NCBI RefSeq assembly: GCF_046119375.1
Contig: NW_027362768.1
Span: forward strand, 164,548,001-164,612,000
Source of the DNA: Phyllobates terribilis
Lineage: Eukaryota
Direction of reading: 5' to 3'
Length of the DNA stretch: 64,000 nucleotides
Within the stretch, counting starts at the first letter, position 1, and each line of letters starts with the position of its first letter. This document shows positions 21,901 to 33,609 of this stretch, piece after piece. The notes under the pieces are model-generated. The model ran no database searches. It was given only the letters and a program-made list of their open reading frames with translations, and was not told where the DNA came from. The translations under genes and the position numbers were made by a program.

Positions 21901-24900
21901 CTCAGTGGCGGTACTTGGAGCCGGTGTGGGAGTTGGAGGCTCAGTGGCCGTGGTTTTTGGAGACTCAGTGGCGGTACTTGGAGCCTGTGTGGGAGTTGGG
22001 AGCTCAGTGGCCATGGTTGTTGGAGCCTGTGTGGGAGCTGGAGGTTGAGTGGCCATGGTTGATGGAGACTCAGTGGTGGTACTTGGAGCCTGTGTGGGAG
22101 TTGGAGGCTCAGTGGCTATGGTTGTTGGAGACTCAGTGGCGGTACTTGGAGCCTGCGTGGGAGTTGGAGGCTCAGTGGCCATGGTCGATGGAGACAAAGT
22201 GGCGGTATTTGGAGCTTGTGTGGGAGTTGGAGGCTCAGTGGCTATGGTTGTTGGAGACTCAGTGGCGGTACTTGGAGCCTGTGTGGGAGTTGCAGGCTCA
22301 GTGGCCGTGGTCGATGGAGACAAAGTGGTGGTACTTGGAGCTTGTGTGGGAGTTGGAGGCTCAGTGGCCATGCTTGTTGGAGCCTGTGTGGGAGTTGGAG
22401 GCTCATTGGCAGTGGTTGTTGGAGACTCAGTGGCAGTACTTGGAGCCTGTGTGGGAGTTGGAGGTTCAGTGGCCGTGGATGTTGGAGCCTGTGTGGGAGT
22501 TGAAGGCTCAGTGGCTGTGGTTGTTGGAGACTCAGTGGCGGTACTTGGAGCCTGTGTTGGAGTTGGAGGCTCAGTGGCCGTACTTGTTGGAGACTCAGTG
22601 GCGGTACTTGGAGCCTGTGTGGGAGTTGGAGGCTCAGTGGCGGTGGTTTTTGGAGACTCAGTGGCGGTACTTGGAGGCTGCTTAAGAGTTGGAGGCTCAG
22701 TGGCCGTGGTTGTTGCAGTCTCAGTGGTGGTACTTGGAGTCTGTGTGGGAGTTGGAGGCTCAGTGGCCGTGGTTAATGGAGACTCAGTGGCGGTATTTTG
22801 AGCCAGTGTGGGAGTTGGAGGCTCCGTGGCCGTGGTTTTTGGAGACTCAGTGGCGGTACTTGGAGCCTGTGTGGGAGTTGGAGGCTCAGTGGCCATGGTT
22901 GATGGAGACTCAGTGGCGGTACTTGTAGCCTGTGTGGGAGTTGGAAGCTCAGTGGCCATGGTTGTTGGAGCCTGTGTGGGAGTTGGAGGCTCAGTGGCCA
23001 TGGTTGTTGGAGGCTCAGTGGCCGTGGTTGTTGGAGACTCAGTGGCGGTACTTGGAGCCTGTTTAGGAGTTGGAGGCTCAGTGGCCTTGGTTGACAGAGA
23101 CTCAGTGGCGATACTTGGAGCCTGTGTGGGAGTTGGAGGCTCAGTGGCCGTAGTTGTTGGAGACTCAGTGGCGGTACTTGGAGCCTGTGTGGGAGCTGGA
23201 GGCTCAGTGGCCATGGTTGTAGGAAACTCAGTGGCGGTACTAGAAGCCTGTGTGGGAGTTGGAGTCTCAGTGGCCGTGGTTGATGGAGACTTAGTGCTGG
23301 TATTTGGAGTCTGTGTGGAAGTTGGAGGCTTAGTGGCCTTGGTTGTTGGAGATTCTGTGGCGGTACTTGGAGCTTGTGTGGGAGTTGGAGTCTCAGTGGC
23401 CATTGTTGCTGGAGCCTGTGTGGGAGTTGGAGGCTCAGTGGCCGTGGTTGTTGGTGACTCATTGGCAGTACTTGGAGCATGTGTGGGAGTTGGAGGTTCA
23501 GTGGCCGTGGGTGTTGGAGCTTGTGTGGGAGTTGGAGGCTCAGTGGCCGTGGTTGTTGGAGACTCAGTGGTAATACTTGGAGCCTGTGTGGGAGTTGGAG
23601 GCTCACTGTCCGTGGTTGTTGGAGACTCAGTGGCGGTACTTGGAGCCTGTGTGGGAGTTGGAGGCTCAGTGGCCGTGCTTGTTGGAGGTTCAGTGGCGGT
23701 ACTTGGAGCCTGTGTGGGAGTTGGAGGCTCATTGGCCAAGGTTGTTGGAGCCTGTGTGGGAGTTGGAGGCTCAGTGGCCGTGGTTGTTGGAGACTCAGTA
23801 GCAGTACTTGGAGCCTGTGTGGGAGTTGCAGGCTCAGTGGCTGTGGTTGTTGGAGACTCAGTGGCGGTACTTGGAGCCGGTGTGGGAGTTGGAGGCTCAG
23901 TGGCCGTGGTTTTTGGAGACTCAGTGGCGGTACTTGGAGCCTGTGTGGGAGTTGGGAGCTCAGTGGCCATGGTTGTTGGAGCCTGTGTGGGAGCTGGAGG
24001 TTGAGTGGCCATGGTTGATGGAGACTCAGTGGTGGTACTTGGAGCCTGTGTGGGAGTTGGAGGCTCAGTGGCTATGGTTGTTGGAGACTCAGTGGCGGTA
24101 CTTGGAGCCTGCGTGGGAGTTGGAGGCTCAGTGGCCGTGGTCGATGGAGACAAAGTGGCGGTATTTGGAGCTTGTGTGGGAGTTGGAGGCTCAGTGGCTA
24201 TGGTTGTTGGAGACTCAGTGGCGGTACTTGGAGCCTGTGTGGGAGTTGCAGGCTCAGTGGCCGTGGTCGATGGAGACAAAGTGGTGGTACTTGGAGCTTG
24301 TGTGGGAGTTGGAGGCTCAGTGGCCATGCTTGTTGGAGCCTGTGTGGGAGTTGGAGGCTCATTGGCAGTGGTTGTTGGAGACTCAGTGGCAGTACTTGGA
24401 GCCTGTGTGGGAGTTGGAGGTTCAGTGGCCGTGGATGTTGGAGCCTGTGTGGGAGTTGAAGGCTCAGTGGCTGTGGTTGTTGGAGACTCAGTGGCGGTAC
24501 TTGGAGCCTGTGTTGGAGTTGGAGGCTCAGTGGCCGTACTTGTTGGAGACTCAGTGGCGGTACTTGTAGCCTGTGTGGGAGTTGGAAGCTCAGTGGCCAT
24601 GGTTGTTGGAGCCTGTGTGGGAGTTGGAGGCTCAGTGGCCATGGTTGTTGGAGGCTCAGTGGCCGTGGTTGTTGGAGACTCAGTGGCGGTACTTGGAGCC
24701 TGTGTGGGAGCTGGAGGCTCAGTGGCCATGGTTGTAGGAAACTCAGTGGCGGTACTAGAAGCCTGTGTGGGAGTTGGAGGCTCAGTGGCCGTGCTTGTTG
24801 GAGGTTCAGTGGCGGTACTTGGAGCCTGTGTGGGAGTTGGAGGCTCATTGGCCAAGGTTGTTGGAGCCTGTGTGGGAGTTGGAGGCTCAGTGGCCGTGGT

Positions 24901-25847
24901 TGTTGGAGACTCAGTAGCAGTACTTGGAGCCTGTGTGGGAGTTGCAGGCTCAGTGGCTGTGGTTGTTGGAGACTCAGTGGCGGTACTTGGAGCCGGTGTG
25001 GGAGTTGGAGGCTCAGTGGCCGTGGTTTTTGGAGACTCAGTGGCGGTACTTGGAGCCTGTGTGGGAGTTGGGAGCTCAGTGGCCATGGTTGTTGGAGCCT
25101 GTGTGGGAGCTGGAGGTTGAGTGGCCATGGTTGATGGAGACTCAGTGGTGGTACTTGGAGCCTGTGTGGGAGTTGAAGGCTCAGTGACCGTGGTTGTTGG
25201 AGGCTCAGTGGCCGTGGTTGTTGGAGGCTCAGTGGCCGTACTTGGAGCCTGTGTAGGAGTTGGAGGCTCAGTGTCCATGGTTGATGGAGACTCAGTGGCG
25301 GTACTTGGAGCCTGTGTGGAAGTTGGAGGCTCAGTGGCCATGATTGTTGGAGACTCAGTGGCAGTACTCGGTGCCTGTGTGGAAGTTGGAGGCTCAGTGG
25401 GCATTGTTGTTGGAGCCTGTGTGGGAGTTGGAGGCTCAGTGGCCGTGGTTGTTGGAGACTCAGTGGCGGTACTTGGTGCCTGTGTGGGAGTTGGAGGCTC
25501 AGTGGCCGTGGTTGTTAGTGACTCAATGGCGGTACTTGGAGCCTGTGTGGGAGATGGAGGCTCAGTGGCCGTGGTTGTTGGAGACTCAGTGGCGGTACTT
25601 GGAGCCTGTGTGGAAGTTGGAGGGTCAGTGGTCTTGGTTGATGGAGACTCAGTGGCGGTACTTGGAGACTGTGTGGGAGTTGAAGCCTGTGTGGGAGTTG
25701 GAGCCTGTGTGGGAGTTGGAGCCTCTGTGCGAGTTGGAGCCTCTGTGCGAGTTGGAGCCTCTGTGCGAGTTGGAGCTGGTCCTGTGTTGGTTGATAATAC
25801 AGTAGTGGTTTGTTCTGTGTTCGGTTCCATAGTGGGTATTGTTGCTT
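9934..25847 (-). CDS. Giant PTS exon A (15,914 bp, about 5,300 aa), 63/39-bp repeats TATEPPTPTQAPSTATESPTT, ending in SEA N-terminus NVVPLKFRIINRSYTDSLKDTSSADYRTRSTEVQEN
   Basis: Uninterrupted 5322-codon ORF; acceptor TTATTCTATTTATGCAG| (AG at 25849-25848, phase 1); donor AAT|GTAAGT at 9933 (phase 0). The SEA start pattern F.I.N..Y...L.D..S..Y is typical. Confidence 0.92.
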
Positions 25848-26495
25848 CTGCATAAATAGAATAATTGACATTTACAAACTTTTCTGCTCCTTTTGTTATT
25901 TGTGGATCTCTCTATAAAATCTCTATGAATCTCATCCTGGATTATAGAAAGTATTAGTACAGATGATTCCTAAATTTATTCACCAATTACTGACATGTTC
26001 ACAATTATGATTGCTAGAACTATGACAAGACTTTGTATTGAGATCTTGGTTGGATGAAATTCACCATCCACATCAATGTCCACATCTAGTAGATTTGATT
26101 GAATCATGTGTGAACAATGATGTGAATTCGGATTCAGCCTGACAGTGCGGCGGTGATGTGGTGGTAAAGCTGATAAAACTCTGCCCTCCTGCAGTGGGCG
26201 CGATGGCGATTGGCCTATGTAGCAGTCACTTTCAGCTGTATGGAGCCGACAATACAGTTAGAAATGAAATCATGAATGATTGTAATAAGATAATCCAATT
26301 CAGCCGCCTCAGGCCTATAACTTTAAATTTTTTAAATGTCGTCGCTGAATTATATCATCTATATATTTTTCATTAGCATTACGGGGAATATCAGATTGTT
26401 CTTGCATTTCATTTTCTTTCATAGAATCCTCATGCTTATTCCATTATTCCATACTTGTCTGATGTAGTGGTCTGTGTGGTCTGAATGATTGCAAT

Positions 26496-26804
26496 TAGTG
26501 ATGAGCGAGTATGTTCTGCTAACCGTTTCGGTGAGCATGCTCGGGCGAACACTGAGTATCTTCATCGTGCTCGGGTGTTATGTTTCAGTCTCACTGTGTG
26601 CATGATTTGCGACTGTTTGATAGCTTTAATACATGTATGGAATGTCTGTTTCTTAGGCATTCCTCACATGCATTAAAGCTGTCAAACAGTCGCAAATCAT
26701 GCACACAGAGAGACTGAAACATAACACCTGAGCACTCTGAAGATACTCTGTTCGCTCGAGCATGCTCGCCAAAAGGGTTAACAGAACATACTCGCTCATC
26801 ACTA
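26496..26804. mobile_element. hAT-type foldback MITE (309 bp)
   Basis: TIR TAGTGATGAGCGAGTATGTTCTG (Ac-like TAG.GATG start); 8-bp TSD ATTGCAAT (26488-26495) / GTTGCAAT (26805-26812). The two halves are nearly complementary along the whole length. Confidence 0.85.
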
Positions 26805-27439
26805 GTTGCAATACATATTTTGGTTAGCTTATATCAGGGGTCTAAAACTAAAGTGAGATCCGGGCCTACTTAGAAAAATGCCATAATGGCACTGTGCATT
26901 GTTAAATTTTGGTTGGGATTTTACAGCGACAGAGGTCGTTCGGTTAAAGTTTGCTCACTGTGTCATACAAGAAAATGTGCATCTCCAAGTGTAGTGGCCT
27001 CGGCCAGGTCCTGCAACACAGCTCCTGATCAAAAGGGTAGGAGCTGTTCTTCAATGATCGGCAGTAGCTGCCACACATTGAATGGTGCGAGGCTCAGCCA
27101 CTACTTTCAATGTGTTTACATCCAGTGACTGACGGACTTGTTTTCAGCTGATCATTCAGGCTCCAATGTGTCTGGTGCAGCACGGTGTTGGCTGTAGTAT
27201 ACAGCTGATACACAGCCTGTACCCGCTTGGGTGTGTTATTCAATTAGTCCTCAGTGCCATAAAAGGCGGCTCTGAGGAATAAATTAATAGCATCCTCCAG
27301 TAGGTGCAGGCTGAGCAGGTACCAGCTGTATACTACAACTGCTCCTTCCTGATGTAGCTGCCTTGAGCTGTAATACACTTGGGAGTTCTCCTCCACTGAC
27401 ATCCTCAGCTGACACTGCTCTCTATGGTTTTAGATTCCA

Positions 27440-27750
27440 CATTATTATTGGTTTGATACATTTAATACCATCATATATATGCCTTTGTCTTTCTATTAAT
27501 CAGTTACACAGGTGTATCTAACCAATTTACTATATAGTGTTGTATTTATATTTGTACTTTTCCTTGCGGCGCCTTCTTTTGCTCTTTCACTCTGTCAACA
27601 CCCACCTGTGAGACCAAATAATAGCCTTTGATAAAGGATGCAGGATAGTGTCTGAAACGCGTAAAGCAACACTCCCTTCCTCTTCACAAGTGGATGTGTC
27701 TTTTTAAATAGATTGAATAAATTTAAATGTTTTTATCTGGAGCTGGAAAA
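27440..27750 (+). mobile_element. Solo Penelope-like terminal repeat fragment
   Basis: Same motif order as the PLE end at 4024-4200: TTCCTTGCGG, hammerhead-like core with GAAACGCGT, then AATAAATTTA. Boundaries are approximate. Confidence 0.5.
27624..27667 (+). ncRNA. Minimal hammerhead ribozyme-like motif
   Basis: GCCT TTGATAA A GGATGC-AGGATA-GTGTCT GAAA CGCG TA AAGC. U3..A8 core variant, wobble-rich stem II, one mismatch in stem I. Confidence 0.45.
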
Positions 27751-28734
27751 TCTACAATATTTTCCTACAAGTTCACATCTGTTTCCGTGCTCCAACCTTG
27801 AGATGTGCTGCAAGTACAGGTGAGCTGGCACTCTTCTCTCCAATACCAAATAATAGCCTTGGTATCTGCCACTATGGTGTCTGGTGTCCTGTCAGCCCCT
27901 ATCATAAGCAGATCTATCAGGCCATGTGTCCCTCTAAACCTGACAGGTTTAATGCACAGCAGTACAGAAGAATGGCCGTGCATTAGACCAGAGAACAATA
28001 TATAAAATGTTCAGTTTTCATGGTGGGACAAAATAAAAAGGGAAAATAATCCAAGAAATATATTTCACTATTAAAAATGTTTTTTTCTATGTACAAAAAT
28101 ATACCAATAAATAGTATCACTATATTCGGAATGGTTGGAGTTAAAACTGTCCCAATACATAACCCATATTGTGAATAAGGTAGAAAAGAATAAGTAAGTA
28201 AAATATACACTGAAAGCTTCAACTCATCAAGTAAAAAGCAAACCCTCATATAGCACTGTTAGCAAACAAAAATGTATAAGGCTATGTTCTCACAGGGCGT
28301 TTTATCAGCGTTTTTTTCTGCAGCAAAACCTGATCTCTTGGCAGGAAAGAAACAGCGTAAAAAATGCAGGTTTTAGTGCGTTTTTGGTGCCTTTTTGCTG
28401 TGTTTTTTTGTTCGTTTTGCAGGATCCCAAAGTTCAGCTTTGCTTGCACCACAGAAGCATGAACACCGGTCACCAATGGAAGACATATCTTCATGAAAAA
28501 ATACACATTACAAATTTAACAAGGGGGAAGTAAATTGGCCTGGAATAGGTTACCTAAGACACTGGCAGTGCATTGAGTTTGTAGGACACTAGCCAAAACT
28601 AGGAGTCGGTGATAAATGCAGAATTGGTGCACTTGTTTCTATTATACCTTTTCTCTGATTGTTCTTCACTTGGTTTGGCTCCCACTCTTGAGGAAAAATA
28701 CTGACCAAATACTGATAGTGGAGCCGTGGCCTAA

Positions 28735-29582
28735 GGCTACGATGCAGAAATGCTCCGGATTTTTTCCTGAGCATTTCTGCATCTCCCTGGCAGAAAAAAA
28801 CGCATGTGGATTGTACATGCGTTTTTCCTGCCAGGGACAAGCGGATGTGAAGCGTTCTTCACATGCATTTTCGCATGCGGGTTAACAAGCACTTTCCAAG
28901 CGATTTTAGCAACACTTGGAAAGTGCTTGACAACTTGGTCACACTATATAAATCCATGCAAACGGCATGGATTTATATAGTGTGATCTTAAAGAATGGTA
29001 AAAAAAAAAAAAAATCTATACTTACCTTCTGATGGCTTCCAGAGTCTTTATTCGCTCTGTCCTGGCTTGCCGGCAGCTCGCGGTATACTGAAGGACCTGC
29101 CGACATCAGCGGTCGCATGACCCGTCACATGACTAAATGACGTCAGCGCAGGTCCTTCAGTCCACGGGGAAATATGCCGGCAAGTGAAGACAAGCACACC
29201 GGGGGCCATCAGAAGGTAAGTATAATATTTATTTTTTATTTTATTCTTTTTTTTACATGTTCTATGGTACCTGGTTCCGGAGGAGAGTCTCCTCTCCTCC
29301 AGACCCGGGTACCATCCGCACATTGAAACGCATGGAATGCGCACCTACAGATGCAGTGATGCGTAATCCATGCGTTCCAATGCAAGTCAATGGCGGCAAA
29401 AAACAGCGCTTCCGCAAAATAATTGGTAGTGCTGCGTTTTTTTCCGCAATGATAATTTCCGCAGCATATGCACAGCACATGCGGATTGTCATTGGGGAAC
29501 ATGGCAGGCCTTCTACCAAGTGTTTTTTAAGCGTTTCTGCAGCGGAATTGCCGCTGCAAAAACGCATCGTGGGCACACAGCC
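28735..29582. mobile_element. PIF/Harbinger-type MITE with internal hairpins
   Basis: TAA-GGCT(del)ACGATGC ... GCATCGTGGGCACACAGCC-TTA. Internal 20-bp perfect inverted repeat (28939-28985) and inverted repeat TACTTACCTTCTGATGGC / GCCATCAGAAGGTAAGTA. Confidence 0.55.
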
Positions 29583-29672
29583 TTAGGGTGACTTTTTAGT
29601 TGAGTTTTTGGAGGAGAAACTCTCCAAAAACTACAAAGTGTTCAAGAAACAGGAGTTTTGATTAGATAGTTA

Positions 29673-31055
29673 GGGCTCTTTCACACCTCCTGATATTTCC
29701 GGTACTGGAAAAAACAGTATTGAAGATATACGTGTCCATGTGCACCTGTGTGGCACATATGTGACAACCGTGTGGTGCCCTAGTGCCACATAAGGAGCAC
29801 ACGCAGCGGTGCTTGGGAATCAGCGTACAGTTAGCACTGTTACCCAGCGCCGGGTGTTGAACGCTACACTCATTATTGTCCCCTGCTTATGCTGCGATCA
29901 GTGTGAGCAATGGACATTGATGAGAGTAGTAGTCTGCTCCCGCAGTCTCCAACTGTAAAAATAAGAATAAAATTTAAAAAAATCCTTATACTCACCTGTC
30001 CAAAGTTTCTCCAGCTGTAATCCATGCGACCGATCATGCAGAGGAGCCGGGGAGAATGACTCGCTGCAGAGAGGGGGCCCCGGAGCTGCGCTGATCTCAG
30101 TGAGTGACAGGACACCGCTCGCTGAGTGCAGCTCCAGGGCCCGCTTGCTGCAGCGGCTCATTCTCCCCGTCTCCTCGGCGTTAGTGGTCAGATGGATTAC
30201 AGCAAGGGACACTTGGGACAGGTGAGTATAAGGACTTTTTTTTTTATTTTATTCTTACAGTTCGAGACAGCCAGAGCAGACTATTACTCTCATTATTGTT
30301 CCTTGCTTGCACCGATCGCAGCGCAAACAGGGGACAATGATGAGGGCAGCGTTCAGCACCCGGCACTTGGGAACAGCGCTAACTGTACAACTGATTCCCA
30401 GGCGTCGGTATGTGTCACACATGTCATGAGTGTAGGACGATTTGCGGCCTGTGCAGCGGGTAAAACATTGACATGTTAGTGTGTTTTGCCCACAGACACA
30501 TGGTCCGTGGAAACACGTTGACACGTGCACAGAGGGTCTACGTGTGTCAGTGACTCCAGTACATGTGGAAACTGTCATCACACGTACTGGACACTATTCT
30601 GTCCCCATGGCCTGTGGCTGTAAATATGGCTCTGTGAAACAGGGTCTCTTCACCTGTACTTACAATGGCGATGGTCGCAGATAGCTTAACTCGGCTGCAA
30701 GCTGGCACGTTGTAAAGAATTCAGAAGAGACTTTGTTTTCTATAAGAACTCTTGTTAAATGCATGCAGGAGCAGCAGGTCAAAAAGAACTTTTCACAGAA
30801 CAAGCTGTGAGCACATGAGCTTTAGAAGGTGCCAAGATGGTGAATGAAAGCAAGGCAGGAGAAAAGAAGGGAAGGGTTAGCTAAAGAAGTCACATGAGAG
30901 GAAGACAGGGAGAGAGAAGGGACAGACTTAAAGAAAGTAAACACTACAGAAATGCAATAAGATAGTAGTGCATAGCAACTGTAAGAAGGTCCATTATAGT
31001 CCGTAAATGTCCCAATCATGGGACAGAACAGACACAATAACATATGAAAGAGCCT
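29673..31055. mobile_element. PIF/Harbinger-type composite MITE with long internal foldback
   Basis: TTA-GGGCTCTTTCAC ... ATGAAAGAGCCT-TTA. Arms at about 29800-30090 and 30110-30410 are complementary. The paralogous site at about 121-145 lacks the insertion. Confidence 0.75.
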
Positions 31056-31709
31056 TTAGAGATCATTTGCTCTGAAAATTCTGCAAAAAGAAAAAACTCT
31101 GTGTGAACACATCCTAAAGGCTTATTATGTGCAAATTGAATTAAATTCCTGACACCTCATCCATATGTTTTTTTTTGTACTTGTTGATGTTTGGTTCATT
31201 TTTAAAAATATCACACAATGACAATTCATTCAGCATTTTAACTGCAATTTTCCCCCATTAAGATCAAAATGTCTTAGCATCAAAAATGAGTACCAGTAAT
31301 TTCCACATCATTTTTCTGACCATAGCCTGCATCTTTCATGATGATAAAAAATGTCAAAAAAGCACCATGTGAACATACAGTATGCTAAGTGAGATCACCT
31401 ATCTGTATATTAGGGTCTGTAGTTCCAGCCAAAAATGTATTCTAAGGATACATTGGAATAGCAACTCTCAGTCTTTATAATCAGATCCAATAGATAATTA
31501 CATAAAGGAAGGTTTCTTAGAGGCTGAAGTCAGTGAGGCCAGAACCTCCACCTCACCTAAATCGCCCAAAAATTGTCCACTTGAACATTGAATATAATAA
31601 AAAGCACATGGTCTGTATTTATTTGGGGGTCTGGTGTGGGGTCTGTTTTTTGTTTTGGAGTTTAGCTGTGACTGTTACGTAGCTCTGAATAATCCCAGTG
31701 TAGACTTAC

Positions 31710-31873
31710 CCCTAGACTGAATACTCTGAGGATCAATCTGTAAACCATCCATGGTGTTCGGTGGGTTGGAGTTTTTCAGTTCTGCAGCGACTTTATCCAC
31801 CATCTCTCTGTGGGTCGGAGTAACTGTCTCATTTGCAAATTCTACATCCATGGAGGACACTAAGGAACCGCTC
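31710..31873 (-). CDS. SEA domain C-terminal exon, module B (164 bp; (M)SGSLVSSMDVEFANETVTPTHREMVDKVAAELKNSNPPNTMDGLQIDPQSIQSR-G)
   Basis: Acceptor CCTTTCTGCAG| (AG at 31875-31874); donor G|GTAAGT at 31709 (phase 1). Splicing to 25847 gives G+AA = Glu, in frame with PTS exon A. Confidence 0.85.
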
Positions 31874-32604
31874 CTGCAGAAAGGATCCAGAAAAGTCAGG
31901 TTAGAAGTGTGGAGCATCCAGTGTATTGTGCACAACAGCAGAATGGGGGCTGTAGAAGAGGATTATTCCATGAGAAATTATCTCCTACACCAAAACCTAT
32001 ATATTCTACATTGCAGACACTGCAGATTTGCACTTGCACATTTATGTCACTTATTTAGAAATAAGTGTGTTTCTCTGTGTCCCTCTTGTACCAGTCATCC
32101 TCACACCCTTCACCCTCCCATGAAATAGACATTTTCCTGTAACTATTCCTATAATTTTACTGTAGAGATGCAGTCTGCTTTACCTGAGGACAAGGAGTTG
32201 CAGCCATAGTCAGACTTTTTGGTGGCTATTGATGGGAATTTTGACCACCTGGTCATTTACCTATATAGAAGTATATGTTAAACCTTACTTTCCTCCATAT
32301 GGTATGACAGTATGATTCAATGGGAGTTACAGAAACAGCTAAGGGAAAGTGTCCAGTGGTTTATTTAATAGTCTGCAGTTATATGAAGCTCAACCACCGC
32401 TCATTATAAACTGGCGGCTCTCCTGATCCGAGCGTGACAGCACAATATTTCTATGCCACTCTCACGCTCCAATCAGGAGAGCCGCAGGCCAGTCCGAGGA
32501 TTGCGGTGCGATCGTCATCCGTGTTATACGGCCGTCTGACTGCGACAAAATCAGGAGTGGAATAATCAGAGAAAAAGTATAATAGAAACACGTCACCACG
32601 TCAC

Positions 32605-33005
32605 TTGGAAAAGTACTTGAAAGTTGGTCACACAATATAAATCCATGTAACCGCCATGGATTTATATTGTGTGACCAACATAATGTTAAAAAAATAATAA
32701 TTAGAACGTAAAAAATAAAAAATAACCTTATACTCACCTTCTGATGGCCCCGCTCTGCTCCCGGTTTTGCTGCTGGCTCCGTGGCTGGTACCGGAAATGT
32801 AAAAATACCTTACATGACGTCAGCGGTCATGTGACAGGTCACGCGACCGCTGACTTCGGCGATTGCGTGACCTGTCACATGACCGCTGACGTCATGGATG
32901 GTCCTTTTACATTCTTGGACCCACCACGGAGCCACCAGCGACGCCAGGAGCAGAGCGAGGGCCATTAGAAGGTGAGTATAAGGTTATTTTTTATTTTAAT
33001 TCTTT
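32605..33005. mobile_element. MITE remnant (same family as 28735-29582), interrupted by DIRS; remaining right end at about 36790-36929
   Basis: Shares the TCACAC.ATATAAATCCATG hairpin and the ATACTCACCTTCTGATGGCC / GGCCATTAGAAGGTGAGTAT inverted repeat. GCACAGCACATGCGGATT after the DIRS matches about 29460-29500. Confidence 0.65.
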
Positions 33006-33609
33006 TTTTTCTGTCACCCATGACGGCACAACGAGAGAGGGGATCAGCCCTTCAAGGATAGGAAACTTTCAATATAAAAAGGGCGGCGCCTCTCTCCGCC
33101 TCAGTAGTTTCCTGTCCTTGATGGGGTACCTTCTTACTGGTCGACCGCGACAGCAGGAAGATTTGTCTTACCTGGGCTGTGGCCGGTCGGTTATGGCAGG
33201 GCACAGTCTCTGCTGCGGCCTATCCCGTGTGTCCTGGAAGCACCGCGGAGGGCGCCGACATTTGTTCTCCTCGCGTGCGGGCGGGGGTTTGCGGCACCTA
33301 CACAACATGGTGGCCGGCAACCCCGCGTCCCGGATGTGACGTCATGGGGCACGACCGGAAGTGACGAACCAGTAGTCGCGCCCCGATGACGCGCAGCGGG
33401 ACTTCTGACCCCCGGATGTAATTTTCGGGGGAGGTACCGGAAGCTGTGGGAACGCTGGCCGGTGATCTCCCTGGCACAATGGGAGTACTTAAGGGTAGAT
33501 CACCAACTAGGCAGGGGCGCAGTGCACCGTAATGGTCTCACAGCAGCCCTCCCCACCACATTAGCAGCAAGAGCAGCAGACCATGCTGCAGCTGCAGCAG
33601 CACGAGAAG

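Larger units (their letters stand above)
29577..32596. repeat. Module-B copy of duplicated intron/exon block (paralog of about 35-1148 + 3468-4009)
   Basis: Collinear alignment by eye once the copy-specific Harbinger MITE and Helitron are removed; about 96-97% identity next to the exon, lower distally. Confidence 0.9.

Noticed and set aside
9980-25855. Long + strand Val/Gly-rich and Trp-rich ORFs, and minus-strand LQLPHRLQ ORFs
   Set aside because: Antisense and alternative-frame shadows of the PTS repeat; they break at sporadic stops while the PTS frame never does.
26450-26487. Thr-rich IQTTQTTTSD stretch on the minus strand as a micro-exon
   Set aside because: Weak acceptor, and the phase at the GTATGG donor does not fit the phase-1 flanks.
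27983-28026. CCACCATG on the minus strand as a first exon of a separate gene for exon A
   Set aside because: Encodes only MKTEHFIYCSLV then stop; it is not a signal peptide and has no good donor.
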